Notes: generated from the letters alone by a model not told the origin. A stretch of DNA of 64,000 nucleotides from Selenomonadaceae bacterium UBA2897 (GCA_002350105.1 DEDT01000041.1:4408-68407); one strand, 5' to 3'. Shown: positions 41,167-49,752, numbered from the stretch's first letter. Translations and numbers: made by a program.

Positions 41167-42009
41167 TCACAGCGCGTCGTACTGCTGCTGGATGAAGGTA
41201 CGTGTAGCTTCGGCGTTGTCGGGGGTCGTGTTCTCCAACGTGGCGTGAATGTAGGGCTTGCGCGTCTTGATAAAGCGCAGGATATCCGTGTAGTCCATCT
41301 CGCCCTGGCCACAGGCCACGGAGCGCAGTTTGCCATCGGCACCGCGCTGGAAATCCTTGAGATGCACGACCGCCACATAGTCGCCGAGGTCCTCGATGGC
41401 CTGACGGATAACTTCATCGCGCCGGTCCACATTGTGCGGGCCGAGCAGATTTACGGGGTCGAGGATAATTTGCAGGTTCGGCGAGTCGATGGCGCGCAAC
41501 ACCGCGAGTGCGCGTTGGGAGTCATAGACGATATGGCGGCAGACCGGCTCAATGGCGAGGATGACGCCGAATCGCTCCGCGCACGCCACGACGGGGCGCA
41601 GGTTGTGGATGAACGTGCCCAGCGCCGCCTCCGTCTTGCTCTCCGGCGTGTCCTCGATATAGTCCACATTCGGTGCGCCCGTCTCCGTGCCCACGACACC
41701 CGCGCCGAGCATGGCCGCGAAACGGATATTCTCATAGTAGCCCTGCTGGATGGCGGCAAGCTGCGCGGGGTCGGGATTGGCGAGGTTCTTGTAGTTGCCG
41801 AGCACGGCCACGTCGAGGCGATATCTGGCGAACAGCTTGCGCAGATACATCGCGAACCCCGGTGTGAGCGCCTGATTGCCCGGATAGTCCTTCAGCATCT
41901 TCGTGAGTGCCAGATGGCCGCAGGCAAAGCCCTGCTCCTCGGCGATGGCCAGTCTTTCCTCGATGGTGCCCGGCGCAATGTCGTGCAGGCGAATCCCTAA
42001 TTGCATCAT
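41167..42009 (-). CDS. Sugar phosphate isomerase/epimerase (xylose-isomerase-like TIM barrel)
   Basis: Start trimmed to ATG 42009 behind AAAGGGGA (MMQLGIRLHD...). AP_endonuc_2-like pattern. Confidence 0.75.
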   Translation of the reverse strand: MMQLGIRLHDIAPGTIEERLAIAEEQGFACGHLALTKMLKDYPGNQALTPGFAMYLRKLFARYRLDVAVLGNYKNLANPDPAQLAAIQQGYYENIRFAAMLGAGVVGTETGAPNVDYIEDTPESKTEAALGTFIHNLRPVVACAERFGVILAIEPVCRHIVYDSQRALAVLRAIDSPNLQIILDPVNLLGPHNVDRRDEVIRQAIEDLGDYVAVVHLKDFQRGADGKLRSVACGQGEMDYTDILRFIKTRKPYIHATLENTTPDNAEATRTFIQQQYDAL

Positions 42010-42065
42010 AAATCCCCTTTCTCGTCTATAGAAACCGGTTAATAACTCTTTCTTTATTTTAGCAC

Positions 42066-42101
42066 AAACAAAAACCATCCGCTACAAAAAGCGGATGGTT
42101 T
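42066..42101 (-). terminator. Rho-independent terminator after pyk
   Basis: Stem aaccatccgc / gcggatggtt followed by TTTTGTTTG on the minus strand. Confidence 0.8.
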
Positions 42102-42144
42102 CGTTGTATTTGCTTTTGTTGTTACAGCTCCGGCTGCAACGCGA

Positions 42145-43563
42145 TTACTCGTGCAACGTATAGACGCGGATGGAGCTCGTATTGCCCTCGCTGAGCTGGA
42201 TGCCGGAGGTCACGATCGTCATGTCGCCGATCTCGACCAGGCCATGATCCAGGGCGCAGGTCGTCGCGGAGCCCGTCATCTCATCCACCGTATGCCAGGA
42301 ACGGCCCTTCAGCGGATAGACACCCCAGCGGAGGTTCAGATGGCGTGCCACCTTATCGGACGGCGTGTAGGCGGCGATGCAGGCCTTCGGGCGATACTTC
42401 GAAACGACCTTCGTCGTGTAGCCGGAGATCGTCGGCGTGATGATTGCCTTGGCATCAAGCTCATAGGCCAGCTCAACCGTAGCATGCGCGATGGCGTCCG
42501 TCGTGGACGGCTGATGCTCAAAGCCCTTGCGCGCGAAGATCTTCTTATAGTCGAGGGACTCCTCGATGCGCAGTGCGATGCGGTTCATCGTCGCCACAGC
42601 CTCGACCGGATAGTCACCGCTGGCCGTCTCACCGGACAGCATGATGGCATCCGTGCCATCGAGGATGGCGTTGCCGACATCGGAGACCTCGGCACGCGTC
42701 GGGCGCGGGTTGTTCGTCATGGACTCCAGCATCTGCGTGGCAACGATGACCGGCTTGCCGGCCTTGTTGCACTTCTTGATGATCTCCTTCTGGATCAGGG
42801 GCACATCCTCCGCCGGAATCTCAACGCCGAGATCGCCACGGGCAACCATGATGCCATCGGAAACCTCGAGGATGCTGTCGAAGTTCTTGACGCCTTCGAG
42901 GTTCTCGATCTTCGGGATGATCTCCATGTGGCCGTTGTGCTCCTGGATGAGCTTGCGGATGGCCAGCACATCGGAAGCGCGCTGAATGAAGGAAGCGGCG
43001 ACGAAGTCCATGTCGTTCTCGCAGCCGAAGATGATGTCCTTCTCATCCTGCTCGGAGATGGGCGGCAGGCCCAGCGACACGCCCGGTACAGCCACGCGCT
43101 TGCGCGTGCTCATCTTGCCGCTGTTCAGGATCGTCGTGATAATATCCTTGCCCTTGATCTCGTCGACCTTCAGCTCAACGAGGCCATCGGAGAGCAGCAG
43201 CTTGTCGCCCGGCTTGACCTCGGTGTAGAGGCCCTTGTGGTTGATGGAGACATGCGTCTCATCGCCCGGCTCATCCTTGTAGGTCAGCGTGAACTTCTTG
43301 CCCTTCTCCAGCATGACCTTGCCGTCCTTGAACTCGCCCAGACGCATCTCCGGTCCCTTCGTATCAAGGATGAAGGAGATGACCTTGCGCGTCTTCCTGG
43401 CAGCCTCGCGCACCGCCTGGATACGTGCCAGATGCTCGGCGTGATCACCATGCGAGAAGTTGAAGCGAGCGCAGTTCATGCCGTTCTCGATCAACTTTTC
43501 CACGACACCCGGTTTCTCCGTGCTCGGGCCCTGCGTGCAGATGATCTTCGTTTTTTTCAACAT
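42145..43563 (-). CDS. pyk: Pyruvate kinase
   Basis: MLKKTKIICTQGPS ... NFSHG ... MVARGDLGVEIP ... canonical PK motifs. 472 aa. Confidence 0.97.
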   Translation of the reverse strand: MLKKTKIICTQGPSTEKPGVVEKLIENGMNCARFNFSHGDHAEHLARIQAVREAARKTRKVISFILDTKGPEMRLGEFKDGKVMLEKGKKFTLTYKDEPGDETHVSINHKGLYTEVKPGDKLLLSDGLVELKVDEIKGKDIITTILNSGKMSTRKRVAVPGVSLGLPPISEQDEKDIIFGCENDMDFVAASFIQRASDVLAIRKLIQEHNGHMEIIPKIENLEGVKNFDSILEVSDGIMVARGDLGVEIPAEDVPLIQKEIIKKCNKAGKPVIVATQMLESMTNNPRPTRAEVSDVGNAILDGTDAIMLSGETASGDYPVEAVATMNRIALRIEESLDYKKIFARKGFEHQPSTTDAIAHATVELAYELDAKAIITPTISGYTTKVVSKYRPKACIAAYTPSDKVARHLNLRWGVYPLKGRSWHTVDEMTGSATTCALDHGLVEIGDMTIVTSGIQLSEGNTSSIRVYTLHE

Positions 43564-43603
43564 TTGCTATTACCCCCATCAAGAATCCTTTACTATGAAC
43601 CTC

Positions 43604-43632
43604 ATTCTACACCCTTTATTCGCCACGCTCAA
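43604..43632 (-). promoter_or_regulatory. Candidate promoter of pyk
   Basis: Minus strand reads TTGAGC-17 nt-TAGAAT. Confidence 0.4.
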
Positions 43633-43787
43633 GCCAAAATCCCCCTTATACGGGAAAGAAATTATTTTCAGAAAAATTCATGTTATTTATTGCTTTTGCT
43701 ATAGCGTATAAGTAATGTTTATCGGCTTACACTACGTGCCATTGCGCGAAAAGTGATAATTCCCCCTGCTGGCATCATTCCCCGCCA

Positions 43788-43819
43788 AACAAAAAAACTG
43801 CCCGCAAAAATGCAGGCAG
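43788..43819 (-). terminator. Rho-independent terminator after the FliD-like gene
   Basis: Minus strand stem ctgcctgc / gcgggcag followed by T7. Confidence 0.75.
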
Positions 43820-43825
43820 CAGAAA

Positions 43826-44704
43826 TCAAAACATGAAATTGAGCAAATTGCCTACCGAGGCATATGTCGTCATGCCCTGAAGGGCCTTACCTGTGTAGAG
43901 CGACGCGACCTCCATCTCGCCGCCGATCATCTGCTTCATCGAGGGAAACAGCTTGCTGCGCTGATGGTTGGCCTGCTCGATGTGCGTCTCCGCCTTGCCG
44001 GCGAGGCCGCTGCGTCCCAGCGTATACTCGGTGGCATCGCTGTTCTCCGTCAGGGCCTTGGCCAGCTTGTCCTCATCGAGCGACAGCGCACCGGTCTTCG
44101 TATCAACCGTAATGCCCACCGTGCTGTACTGGCCAGCGTGATAGGTCGTATCCGCGAAGTTGCTGCTCAGTGCCTTCATGCGGTCACTGACCTCCGCGTT
44201 GTCGCTGGTGAACTGCAGCGCATCGTTGTAGGCCGAGACGAGATTGCTGACGTTCTTGATGGCCGCCTTGAGCCCACTGCTGTAGGTCTTCGTGCCATCG
44301 GCATTAGTCGTGATATCGTCTTTGCCGAAGTCGAAATTCATATACTTGACGGTGCTCGCCGCATCTTTCAGATCCGACATCGTGCTGTCGTACTCCGCAT
44401 AAAATGCCTTGTTCGTCGAGGTATAGGAACTCATGAGGCCCTGGATACCCGACTTGATGCTCGTGAGCGTCTTCATGTCCTCCGACGCCTGCGTAGCCGC
44501 ATTCTTCCAGCTGTTGACGATAGCCTCCGAGCTGGACTTCGCGTTGCTGCTGATGCTCGAAAGCGACGTCGAACTCGTGGCAGACGATGTGCTCTTCGCC
44601 GTACTGGTACTGCTCGTACTCGAGCCGAACAGTGACAGGCCATTATTCTGCGCCATCTTGTACATGGCGTAGGTGTTGTTGGCCATTGCCGAAATCGTAG
44701 CCAT
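43826..44704 (-). CDS. Ser/Thr-rich protein with a FliD (flagellar cap)-like central/C-terminal region
   Basis: Start trimmed to ATG 44704 behind GGGAGG. No signal peptide. STSSTSTAKSTSSATSSTSLSSISS tract. LVSAYNDALQF and VGITVDTKTGALSLDEDKLAKAL resemble FliD motifs. The assignment is by eye only. Confidence 0.4.
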   Translation of the reverse strand: MATISAMANNTYAMYKMAQNNGLSLFGSSTSSTSTAKSTSSATSSTSLSSISSNAKSSSEAIVNSWKNAATQASEDMKTLTSIKSGIQGLMSSYTSTNKAFYAEYDSTMSDLKDAASTVKYMNFDFGKDDITTNADGTKTYSSGLKAAIKNVSNLVSAYNDALQFTSDNAEVSDRMKALSSNFADTTYHAGQYSTVGITVDTKTGALSLDEDKLAKALTENSDATEYTLGRSGLAGKAETHIEQANHQRSKLFPSMKQMIGGEMEVASLYTGKALQGMTTYASVGNLLNFMF

Positions 44705-44838
44705 AATATTTCCTCCCTTCCCTGGTAATGCAGGATCCACTCTTCCACCTATATTATCGTCTATTTTCCCTTAAAAATAAAGCCCCCCGCGCAAATAATC
44801 CGCCCGCTCGCCACCGCGCAAAAACTGTAACGAAAATT

Positions 44839-44923
44839 TTACAGTATCGCAAAATCGTCTAAATCATAAAATTCTCTTTACAGTTTTCTTGATTTTGCAA
44901 TACCATAACCATATAATTACAGT
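44839..44923 (+). repeat. Three TTACAGT motifs spaced exactly 39 bp apart (44839, 44878, 44917)
   Basis: Counted directly from the sequence. The third copy starts at the last base of the -10 of the downstream promoter. An inverted copy, CTGTAA, lies at 44825-44830. Confidence 0.7.
44889..44917 (+). promoter_or_regulatory. Candidate promoter of the AAA ATPase gene
   Basis: TTGATT-17 nt-TATAAT, 33 nt upstream of ATG 44950. Confidence 0.5.
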
Positions 44924-44949
44924 ATGAAGGTATAGAGGAGGTCGCTCGC

Positions 44950-46161
44950 ATGGTAAAACGTGAACTATATCTACGTCGTATACGTCCCTTTTACGATTCT
45001 GAACTGGTCAAGGTTATCACCGGCATCCGCCGCTGCGGCAAATCGACCCTGATGCTGCAGATTGTCGAGGAAATCCGGTCAAAGGGTGTGCCTGAAGACC
45101 ACATTCTGGTCATCAATTTCGAAATCTATAAATTCCGGTCGCTGCTGTCCCCTGACAAGTTCAATGATTATGTCGAGTCACGCATCACCGATACGCAGAA
45201 ATACTACCTGTTCTTCGATGAGATCCAGAACGTAACGGACTTTGAGCTGGTCGTAAACTCTTTCCGCGCCGGCCATAACGTGAGCATCTTCCTGACCGGC
45301 TCAACCTCAAAACTGCTGTCCGGCGAGCTGGCTTCACATCTCGGTGGGCGCACGCTCTCTTTCCGTGTCATGCCCTTTACCTTCAGCGAAGTCACGGAAC
45401 TGCTGCGCGAGCAGGGGCAGGACAGTGACCGTATGCAGATGTTCCGTGACTACTGCCGCTGGGGCGGCTTTCCCCTCGTCTGGTCGGTACCTGCCGACGA
45501 AGAGCGCACCTTCATCCTCACGAACCTCTACGATTCCATTGTGCTCAAGGATATCGTTCTGCGCAACAGCATCAAGTCACCTTTGATTCTGGAGAAGATT
45601 CTCAACTATACTATAGCCAACTCATCTACCACTTTCTCGGGCAATCGCATCGCCGGTGTTCTCACCAGCCAGGCCATGAAAGTCTCTGCGCCCGTGGTGA
45701 ACAACTACCTGAAGGCCATCCTCGATGCCTGCATCATCAACCAGGTCGAACGCTACGACATTCGCGGCAGCAAACTGCTGGCCTACGAGGCCAAGCTCTA
45801 CGTCTGCGACCTCGGCATCTTCCAGCTAAAAAAGAACCGCGTCAAGGATGAATACAATTTCATGGTAGAAACCATCATCTACAACGAACTCATCGCCCGC
45901 GGCTATCACGTCTACGTCGGCAAAACGCCCAAAGGCGAAATCGACTTCGTCGTGACGCACAACCAGCAAAAATGCTATATCCAGGCCGCCTACATGCTCT
46001 CCACTCCCGAGACCCGTGCCCGCGAGTTTGGCGCCTTCGCCCCCATCAAGGACGCTTATCCCCGCTACGTCATCACCATGGACCCCATCACCCAGGACGA
46101 GAACGGCATCCGGCATCTAAATTTGCTGGACTTCCTCATGGACGAAAACTCTCTTGGCTAA
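44950..46161 (+). CDS. AAA-family ATPase with C-terminal DUF4143-like domain
   Basis: Walker A GIRRCGKST and Walker B YLFFDEIQ. The C-terminal region has a restriction-endonuclease-like pattern (GEIDFVV ... IQAAY). G+C is lower than the flanks by eye. Confidence 0.8.
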   Translation: MVKRELYLRRIRPFYDSELVKVITGIRRCGKSTLMLQIVEEIRSKGVPEDHILVINFEIYKFRSLLSPDKFNDYVESRITDTQKYYLFFDEIQNVTDFELVVNSFRAGHNVSIFLTGSTSKLLSGELASHLGGRTLSFRVMPFTFSEVTELLREQGQDSDRMQMFRDYCRWGGFPLVWSVPADEERTFILTNLYDSIVLKDIVLRNSIKSPLILEKILNYTIANSSTTFSGNRIAGVLTSQAMKVSAPVVNNYLKAILDACIINQVERYDIRGSKLLAYEAKLYVCDLGIFQLKKNRVKDEYNFMVETIIYNELIARGYHVYVGKTPKGEIDFVVTHNQQKCYIQAAYMLSTPETRAREFGAFAPIKDAYPRYVITMDPITQDENGIRHLNLLDFLMDENSLG

Positions 46162-46255
46162 AATCGCGGCTCTTTGCTGCAATCTTTACCGCTGGCATTC
46201 AGTTGTGCTTCTGCATCTCATCTAATATCTGCAAACGCCTGCTATAATGGCACGC

Positions 46256-46687
46256 TCAAAAATACCCGCACACCCCGGCGGCACAGACGATGGCTATGAC
46301 GAGCGCCACGACGGCAACGCCGAAGCAGGTGCCGCTGTCGTCGTCCTGCGGGGCATACTGGCCGACGTAGGACTTCGCTGGATTGGCCGGATCGTAGTGG
46401 ACTTCTTCTTCGTTCCACGGTTCCATACCGGTATCGGTCTTTGCCTGATAGGTCACGCCGTCCACTTCGTAAACAAAGGTCGCCCTGTAATAACTGACAC
46501 GTTTGATGTAGTATTTAATATACCTCTCCTGCGCTATTTTCTTTCCCTTCGTTTCACCCGTATACACTTCCTCGAGCGCATCTGCGGCCGCACCGCCGCG
46601 GTTCCATTCCTGCACGCCGGCCCACGCGTAATAAACAAATACACCCGCCGAAATCAACGCCAGGAGCAAATATATCAGTCTTCGCAT
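46256..46687 (-). CDS. Small membrane protein, DUF3592-like
   Basis: N- and C-terminal TM helices flank a beta-rich domain (ATFVYEVDGVTYQAKTD ... VHYDPANPAKS). Confidence 0.55.
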   Translation of the reverse strand: MRRLIYLLLALISAGVFVYYAWAGVQEWNRGGAAADALEEVYTGETKGKKIAQERYIKYYIKRVSYYRATFVYEVDGVTYQAKTDTGMEPWNEEEVHYDPANPAKSYVGQYAPQDDDSGTCFGVAVVALVIAIVCAAGVCGYF

Positions 46688-46818
46688 CTTTCCCGCCCCC
46701 TTCCAGAATTTACGCCTGCTCTCTCTGCAGCAACCATATAGAACACCTTTGTCTCAGCAAAATTATACCATATTAAGTTCGTATCCGTCTGGTCATACAT
46801 AAAAATCGTTACGATATA

Positions 46819-46847
46819 TTGACATTGCATATAAATTTATTTACAAT
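46819..46847 (+). promoter_or_regulatory. Candidate promoter of the dinJ-like gene
   Basis: TTGACA-17 nt-TACAAT. Confidence 0.55.
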
Positions 46848-46886
46848 GAAGGTAATAAACTATGCGCAAAAAAGGAGTGAAACCCT

Positions 46887-47171
46887 ATGCCAAGTGCTAA
46901 TATCAACATCCGCATGGATACCGACTTGAAGAATCAATTTGATGCCTTTTGCAAAGAGGTTGGTCTGACGATGACCGCAGCTTTTAATGTCTTTGCTAAG
47001 AAAACTGTAGCTGAGCAACGCATCCCCTTCTCCATTGGCAGAGATGTACCAAACACAGAGACACTGGAGGCCTTGGCTGAGGTGAAAAAAATGAAAGCCG
47101 CCCCGAATTACGGCAAGCGCTACAAAGATGTAGATGCCATGATGAAGGAGCTGCTATCTGATGTTCAATAA
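46887..47171 (+). CDS. RelB/DinJ-family type II antitoxin (orphan; no adjacent toxin gene)
   Basis: NINIRMDTDLKNQFDAFCKEVGLTMTAAFNVFAKKTVAEQRIPF is the ribbon-helix-helix DinJ pattern. SD AAGGAG. The terminator follows directly. Confidence 0.8.
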   Translation: MPSANINIRMDTDLKNQFDAFCKEVGLTMTAAFNVFAKKTVAEQRIPFSIGRDVPNTETLEALAEVKKMKAAPNYGKRYKDVDAMMKELLSDVQ

Positions 47172-47224
47172 GAAAGCTCTGCGGCTAAGGCAAACTTGCC
47201 TGAACCGTAGAGCTTTCTTTTTTA
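47170..47224. terminator. Terminator shared by convergent dinJ-like and panD genes
   Basis: 15-bp stem aagaaagctctgcgg / ccgtagagctttctt followed by T6 on the plus strand. Confidence 0.8.
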
Positions 47225-47231
47225 TTCGCTA

Positions 47232-47627
47232 TTATCCGCGCTCCCCGTGGTGTTCCCCGTGGTGTTCGAGGTGGCGGATTTCTTTGACTTTGTTCTGCGC
47301 GTCCACCATGACCACGGTGGGGCGATAGGTCCGGGCCTCGTCGCCGGTGAAGAAGGCGTAGGCCATGATGATGACGATGTCGCCGGGCTGGGCGAGGCGG
47401 GCGGCGGCGCCGTTGAGGCAGATGACGCCCGAGCCGCGCTCACCGGGGATGACATAGGTCTCGAGTCGCGCGCCGTTGTTGTTGTCGACGACCTGCACGC
47501 GCTCGTTCTCGAGGATACCGGCCGCGTCCATGAGGTCGCGGTCAATGGTGATGCTGCCCATGTACTGCAGGTTCGCCTCCGTCACCGTAGCGCAATGAAT
47601 CTTGGACTTCAGCATATGTAAAATCAT
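47232..47627 (-). CDS. panD: Aspartate 1-decarboxylase
   Basis: [25 protein letters not shown] with the processing site G-S. His-rich C-terminal tail. Confidence 0.95.
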   Translation of the reverse strand: MILHMLKSKIHCATVTEANLQYMGSITIDRDLMDAAGILENERVQVVDNNNGARLETYVIPGERGSGVICLNGAAARLAQPGDIVIIMAYAFFTGDEARTYRPTVVMVDAQNKVKEIRHLEHHGEHHGERG

Positions 47628-47672
47628 GTTTGTTCCTTTCCAAATGATGACCGAGGCTGAACTGCCTGTACC

Positions 47673-48527
47673 TCAGCCCAGAATGATGTTATCGATGAGG
47701 CGCGTCTTGCCGATGTAGACGGCAATGGCCAGCAGGCACGGCTCCGTGACGTTGTCCGTCGCCTGCAGCGCCGGATAAGTGTAGAGGTCGACGTAGTCGA
47801 TCTTCGCCAGCGGCTCTTTGGCCAGCTCGTCCGCCGTGACCTTTTTCAGCACCTCAGCCCTGCACTCGCCCTGCTCATAGGCCGCCCGGGCCGCCCGCAG
47901 GCTGCGCGAGAGCACGAGGGCTGCCTTTTTCTCCTCTGCGCTCATATAGGCGTTGCGGGAGCTGCGTGCGAGGCCGCTCTCCTCGCGGCAGATGGGCACC
48001 ATATTGACCTCGACGGGGAGGTTCAGATCCGCGACGAAACGGCGCACCACCGCGACCTGCTGCGCATCCTTCTGGCCAAAGAAAGCCTTGTCGGCGCGCG
48101 TGATGTTCATGAGCTTCGTCACGACCGTGGCCACGCCGCGGAAATGGCCGGGACGGCGCGCGCCGCAGAGCACGTCCGTGATGCCGTTTTCCACCGTGAT
48201 GTAGGTGCCATAGCCCTCGGGGTACATCTCCTGCGGCTCCGGATGGAACACCGCATCGACGCCCTCGGCCTGCAGCTTCTCGCAGTCGGCGGGGAACTGG
48301 CGCGGGTACTTGTCATAGTCCTCGTTCGGGCCAAACTGCACGGGGTTGACGAAGACCGAGGCAATGACGACGTCGCAGGCCTTGCGCGCCGCGCGCATGA
48401 GCGTCATGTGGCCCTCATGCAGGGCACCCATGGTCGGGCAAAGGCCGATGGTTTTGCCCGCCGCATGCTGCGCCGCCGCATAAGCCTGCATCTCTTTGAC
48501 CGTGGTGAAAACTTTTAACTCTTTCAT
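47673..48527 (-). CDS. panC: Pantoate--beta-alanine ligase
   Basis: PTMGALHEGHMTLM (HIGH-type), FVNPVQFGPNEDY and GHFRGVATVV motifs. Confidence 0.95.
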   Translation of the reverse strand: MKELKVFTTVKEMQAYAAAQHAAGKTIGLCPTMGALHEGHMTLMRAARKACDVVIASVFVNPVQFGPNEDYDKYPRQFPADCEKLQAEGVDAVFHPEPQEMYPEGYGTYITVENGITDVLCGARRPGHFRGVATVVTKLMNITRADKAFFGQKDAQQVAVVRRFVADLNLPVEVNMVPICREESGLARSSRNAYMSAEEKKAALVLSRSLRAARAAYEQGECRAEVLKKVTADELAKEPLAKIDYVDLYTYPALQATDNVTEPCLLAIAVYIGKTRLIDNIILG

Positions 48528-49471
48528 TCTATGACAACCTCTTTTTCTTCCATTTTCGCGTCACGACGCGCATAGTAGTTGGCGACCAGGGAACCGGAAA
48601 TATTGTGCCAGACGGAGAAAATCGCGCCCGGAATCGCGGCGACCGGATCGAAATACAGCACGGCCAGCGCCGCTGCCAGACCCGAGTTCTGCATGCCAAC
48701 CTCGATGGAGACCGTGCGCGCCCGCTGGCTGTCCATGTGGCAGAGGTGCGCGAGGCCATAGCCCAGCGCGAGCCCCAGCACGTTGTGCAGCACGACGATG
48801 AGCACCAGCAGCGGACCGACCGTGAACAGCTTCTCCGCCGAGAGCGAGACGACGCCGCCCACGAGCAGCACGATGCAGATGACGGAAAGGAGCGGCAGCG
48901 CCGGTTCAATACGCGCGAGCCTCTCGCCCAGTGCATGGTGCACGATGAGACCAAGCACGATAGGCGCCAGTACCATCTCTGCAATCGAGATCATCATGGA
49001 CGATGCCGATACCGCGATATGCGCATCGGCATAGAGCAGCGTCAGCGCGGGCGTCACCAGCGGCGCTAAAAGCGTCGTCACCATCGTCATCGAGACGGAA
49101 AGCGCCACGTCGCCGCGCGCGAGATACGAAATCACGTTCGAGGCCGTACCGCCCGGGCACGTACCCACGAGAATCACGCCGATGGCGAGCTCCGGCGACA
49201 GGCCAAAGGCCTTGACGAGACCGAAGGCCACCAGCGGCATGATGAGGAACTGGGCAAAGACACCGATAGCCACGTTGCGCGGCTGACGCAGCACGTTGCG
49301 GAAATCATCCACCGAGAGCGTCATGCCCATGCCGAACATCACGAGCCCGAGCATCCAGCTCACGTAGCCGCCGACCCAGTGCAGGAGCTCCGGGTGCCAT
49401 GCACCGAGCACGCCCGCAGCCACGACGAAGAGCGCCATGTTGTCCACGAGAAATTTAGCAAACTTGCGCAA
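48524..49471 (-). CDS. Bile acid:sodium symporter (BASS)-family transporter, possible pantoate/ketopantoate importer (PanS-like)
   Basis: About 9-10 TM. SBF-type motifs (GVILVGTCPGGTASN). TTG start behind AAGGAGG. ATGA-type overlap with panC. Confidence 0.75.
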   Translation of the reverse strand: MRKFAKFLVDNMALFVVAAGVLGAWHPELLHWVGGYVSWMLGLVMFGMGMTLSVDDFRNVLRQPRNVAIGVFAQFLIMPLVAFGLVKAFGLSPELAIGVILVGTCPGGTASNVISYLARGDVALSVSMTMVTTLLAPLVTPALTLLYADAHIAVSASSMMISIAEMVLAPIVLGLIVHHALGERLARIEPALPLLSVICIVLLVGGVVSLSAEKLFTVGPLLVLIVVLHNVLGLALGYGLAHLCHMDSQRARTVSIEVGMQNSGLAAALAVLYFDPVAAIPGAIFSVWHNISGSLVANYYARRDAKMEEKEVVIE

Positions 49472-49562
49472 AAAAAGACCTCCTTTTGCTACAGTTCGGG
49501 AAAGGCGAATCGAACGATTGTATCCGCATTTCCCTGATAAACGACATGCAGCAAAAGAACGT

Positions 49563-49597
49563 CATACAAAACGCGCCAGGCACAAAAGCCTGACGCG
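49563..49597 (-). terminator. Terminator-like hairpin inside the pan operon leader
   Basis: Minus strand stem gcgtcaggc / gcctggcgc (one G-U pair), loop ttttgt, then GTTTTGTAT. It ends about 90 nt upstream of the panS-like start. Confidence 0.5.
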
Positions 49598-49640
49598 TAA
49601 ATTTCCTGATTTCCATCATGCAAAACACAGACGGTAACCC

Positions 49641-49673
49641 CCGCCGTCCTGTCCGCAAAAGCGGTACAGGCGG
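49641..49673 (-). promoter_or_regulatory. Conspicuous G+C-rich hairpin with two bulged A residues in the pan leader
   Basis: Minus strand ccgcc-tgt-A-ccgc tttt gcgg-aca-gg-A-cgg. Resembles my recollection of the 'pan' RNA motif. Confidence 0.35.
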
Positions 49674-49718
49674 CCCGGCGCGCCCGCGCAGCATGATGCC
49701 GAAAAAGTACAACCCGCT

Positions 49719-49752
49719 AAGGAAACACTGACGATTTAGTCAGCGTTTCCTT
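49719..49752 (-). terminator. Hairpin after amino-acid ABC operon 2
   Basis: 13-bp stem aaggaaacgctga / tcagtgtttcctt (one G-U pair). The T run is displaced by about 12 nt, so terminator function is uncertain. Confidence 0.45.

Noticed and set aside
43719-43726. Exact GCCGATAA (sigma-28 -10 consensus) on the minus strand upstream of pyk
   Set aside because: There is no TAAA -35 at the required 15-16-nt spacing, a housekeeping pyk gene is an implausible FliA target, and a sigma-70-type promoter lies closer to the gene.
44755-44760. CGATAA element upstream of the FliD-like gene as a sigma-28 promoter
   Set aside because: Only the -10 core matches. The -35 position reads TTAT/TTTA rather than TAAA. 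I kept it as a remark in a finding and did not call it as a feature.
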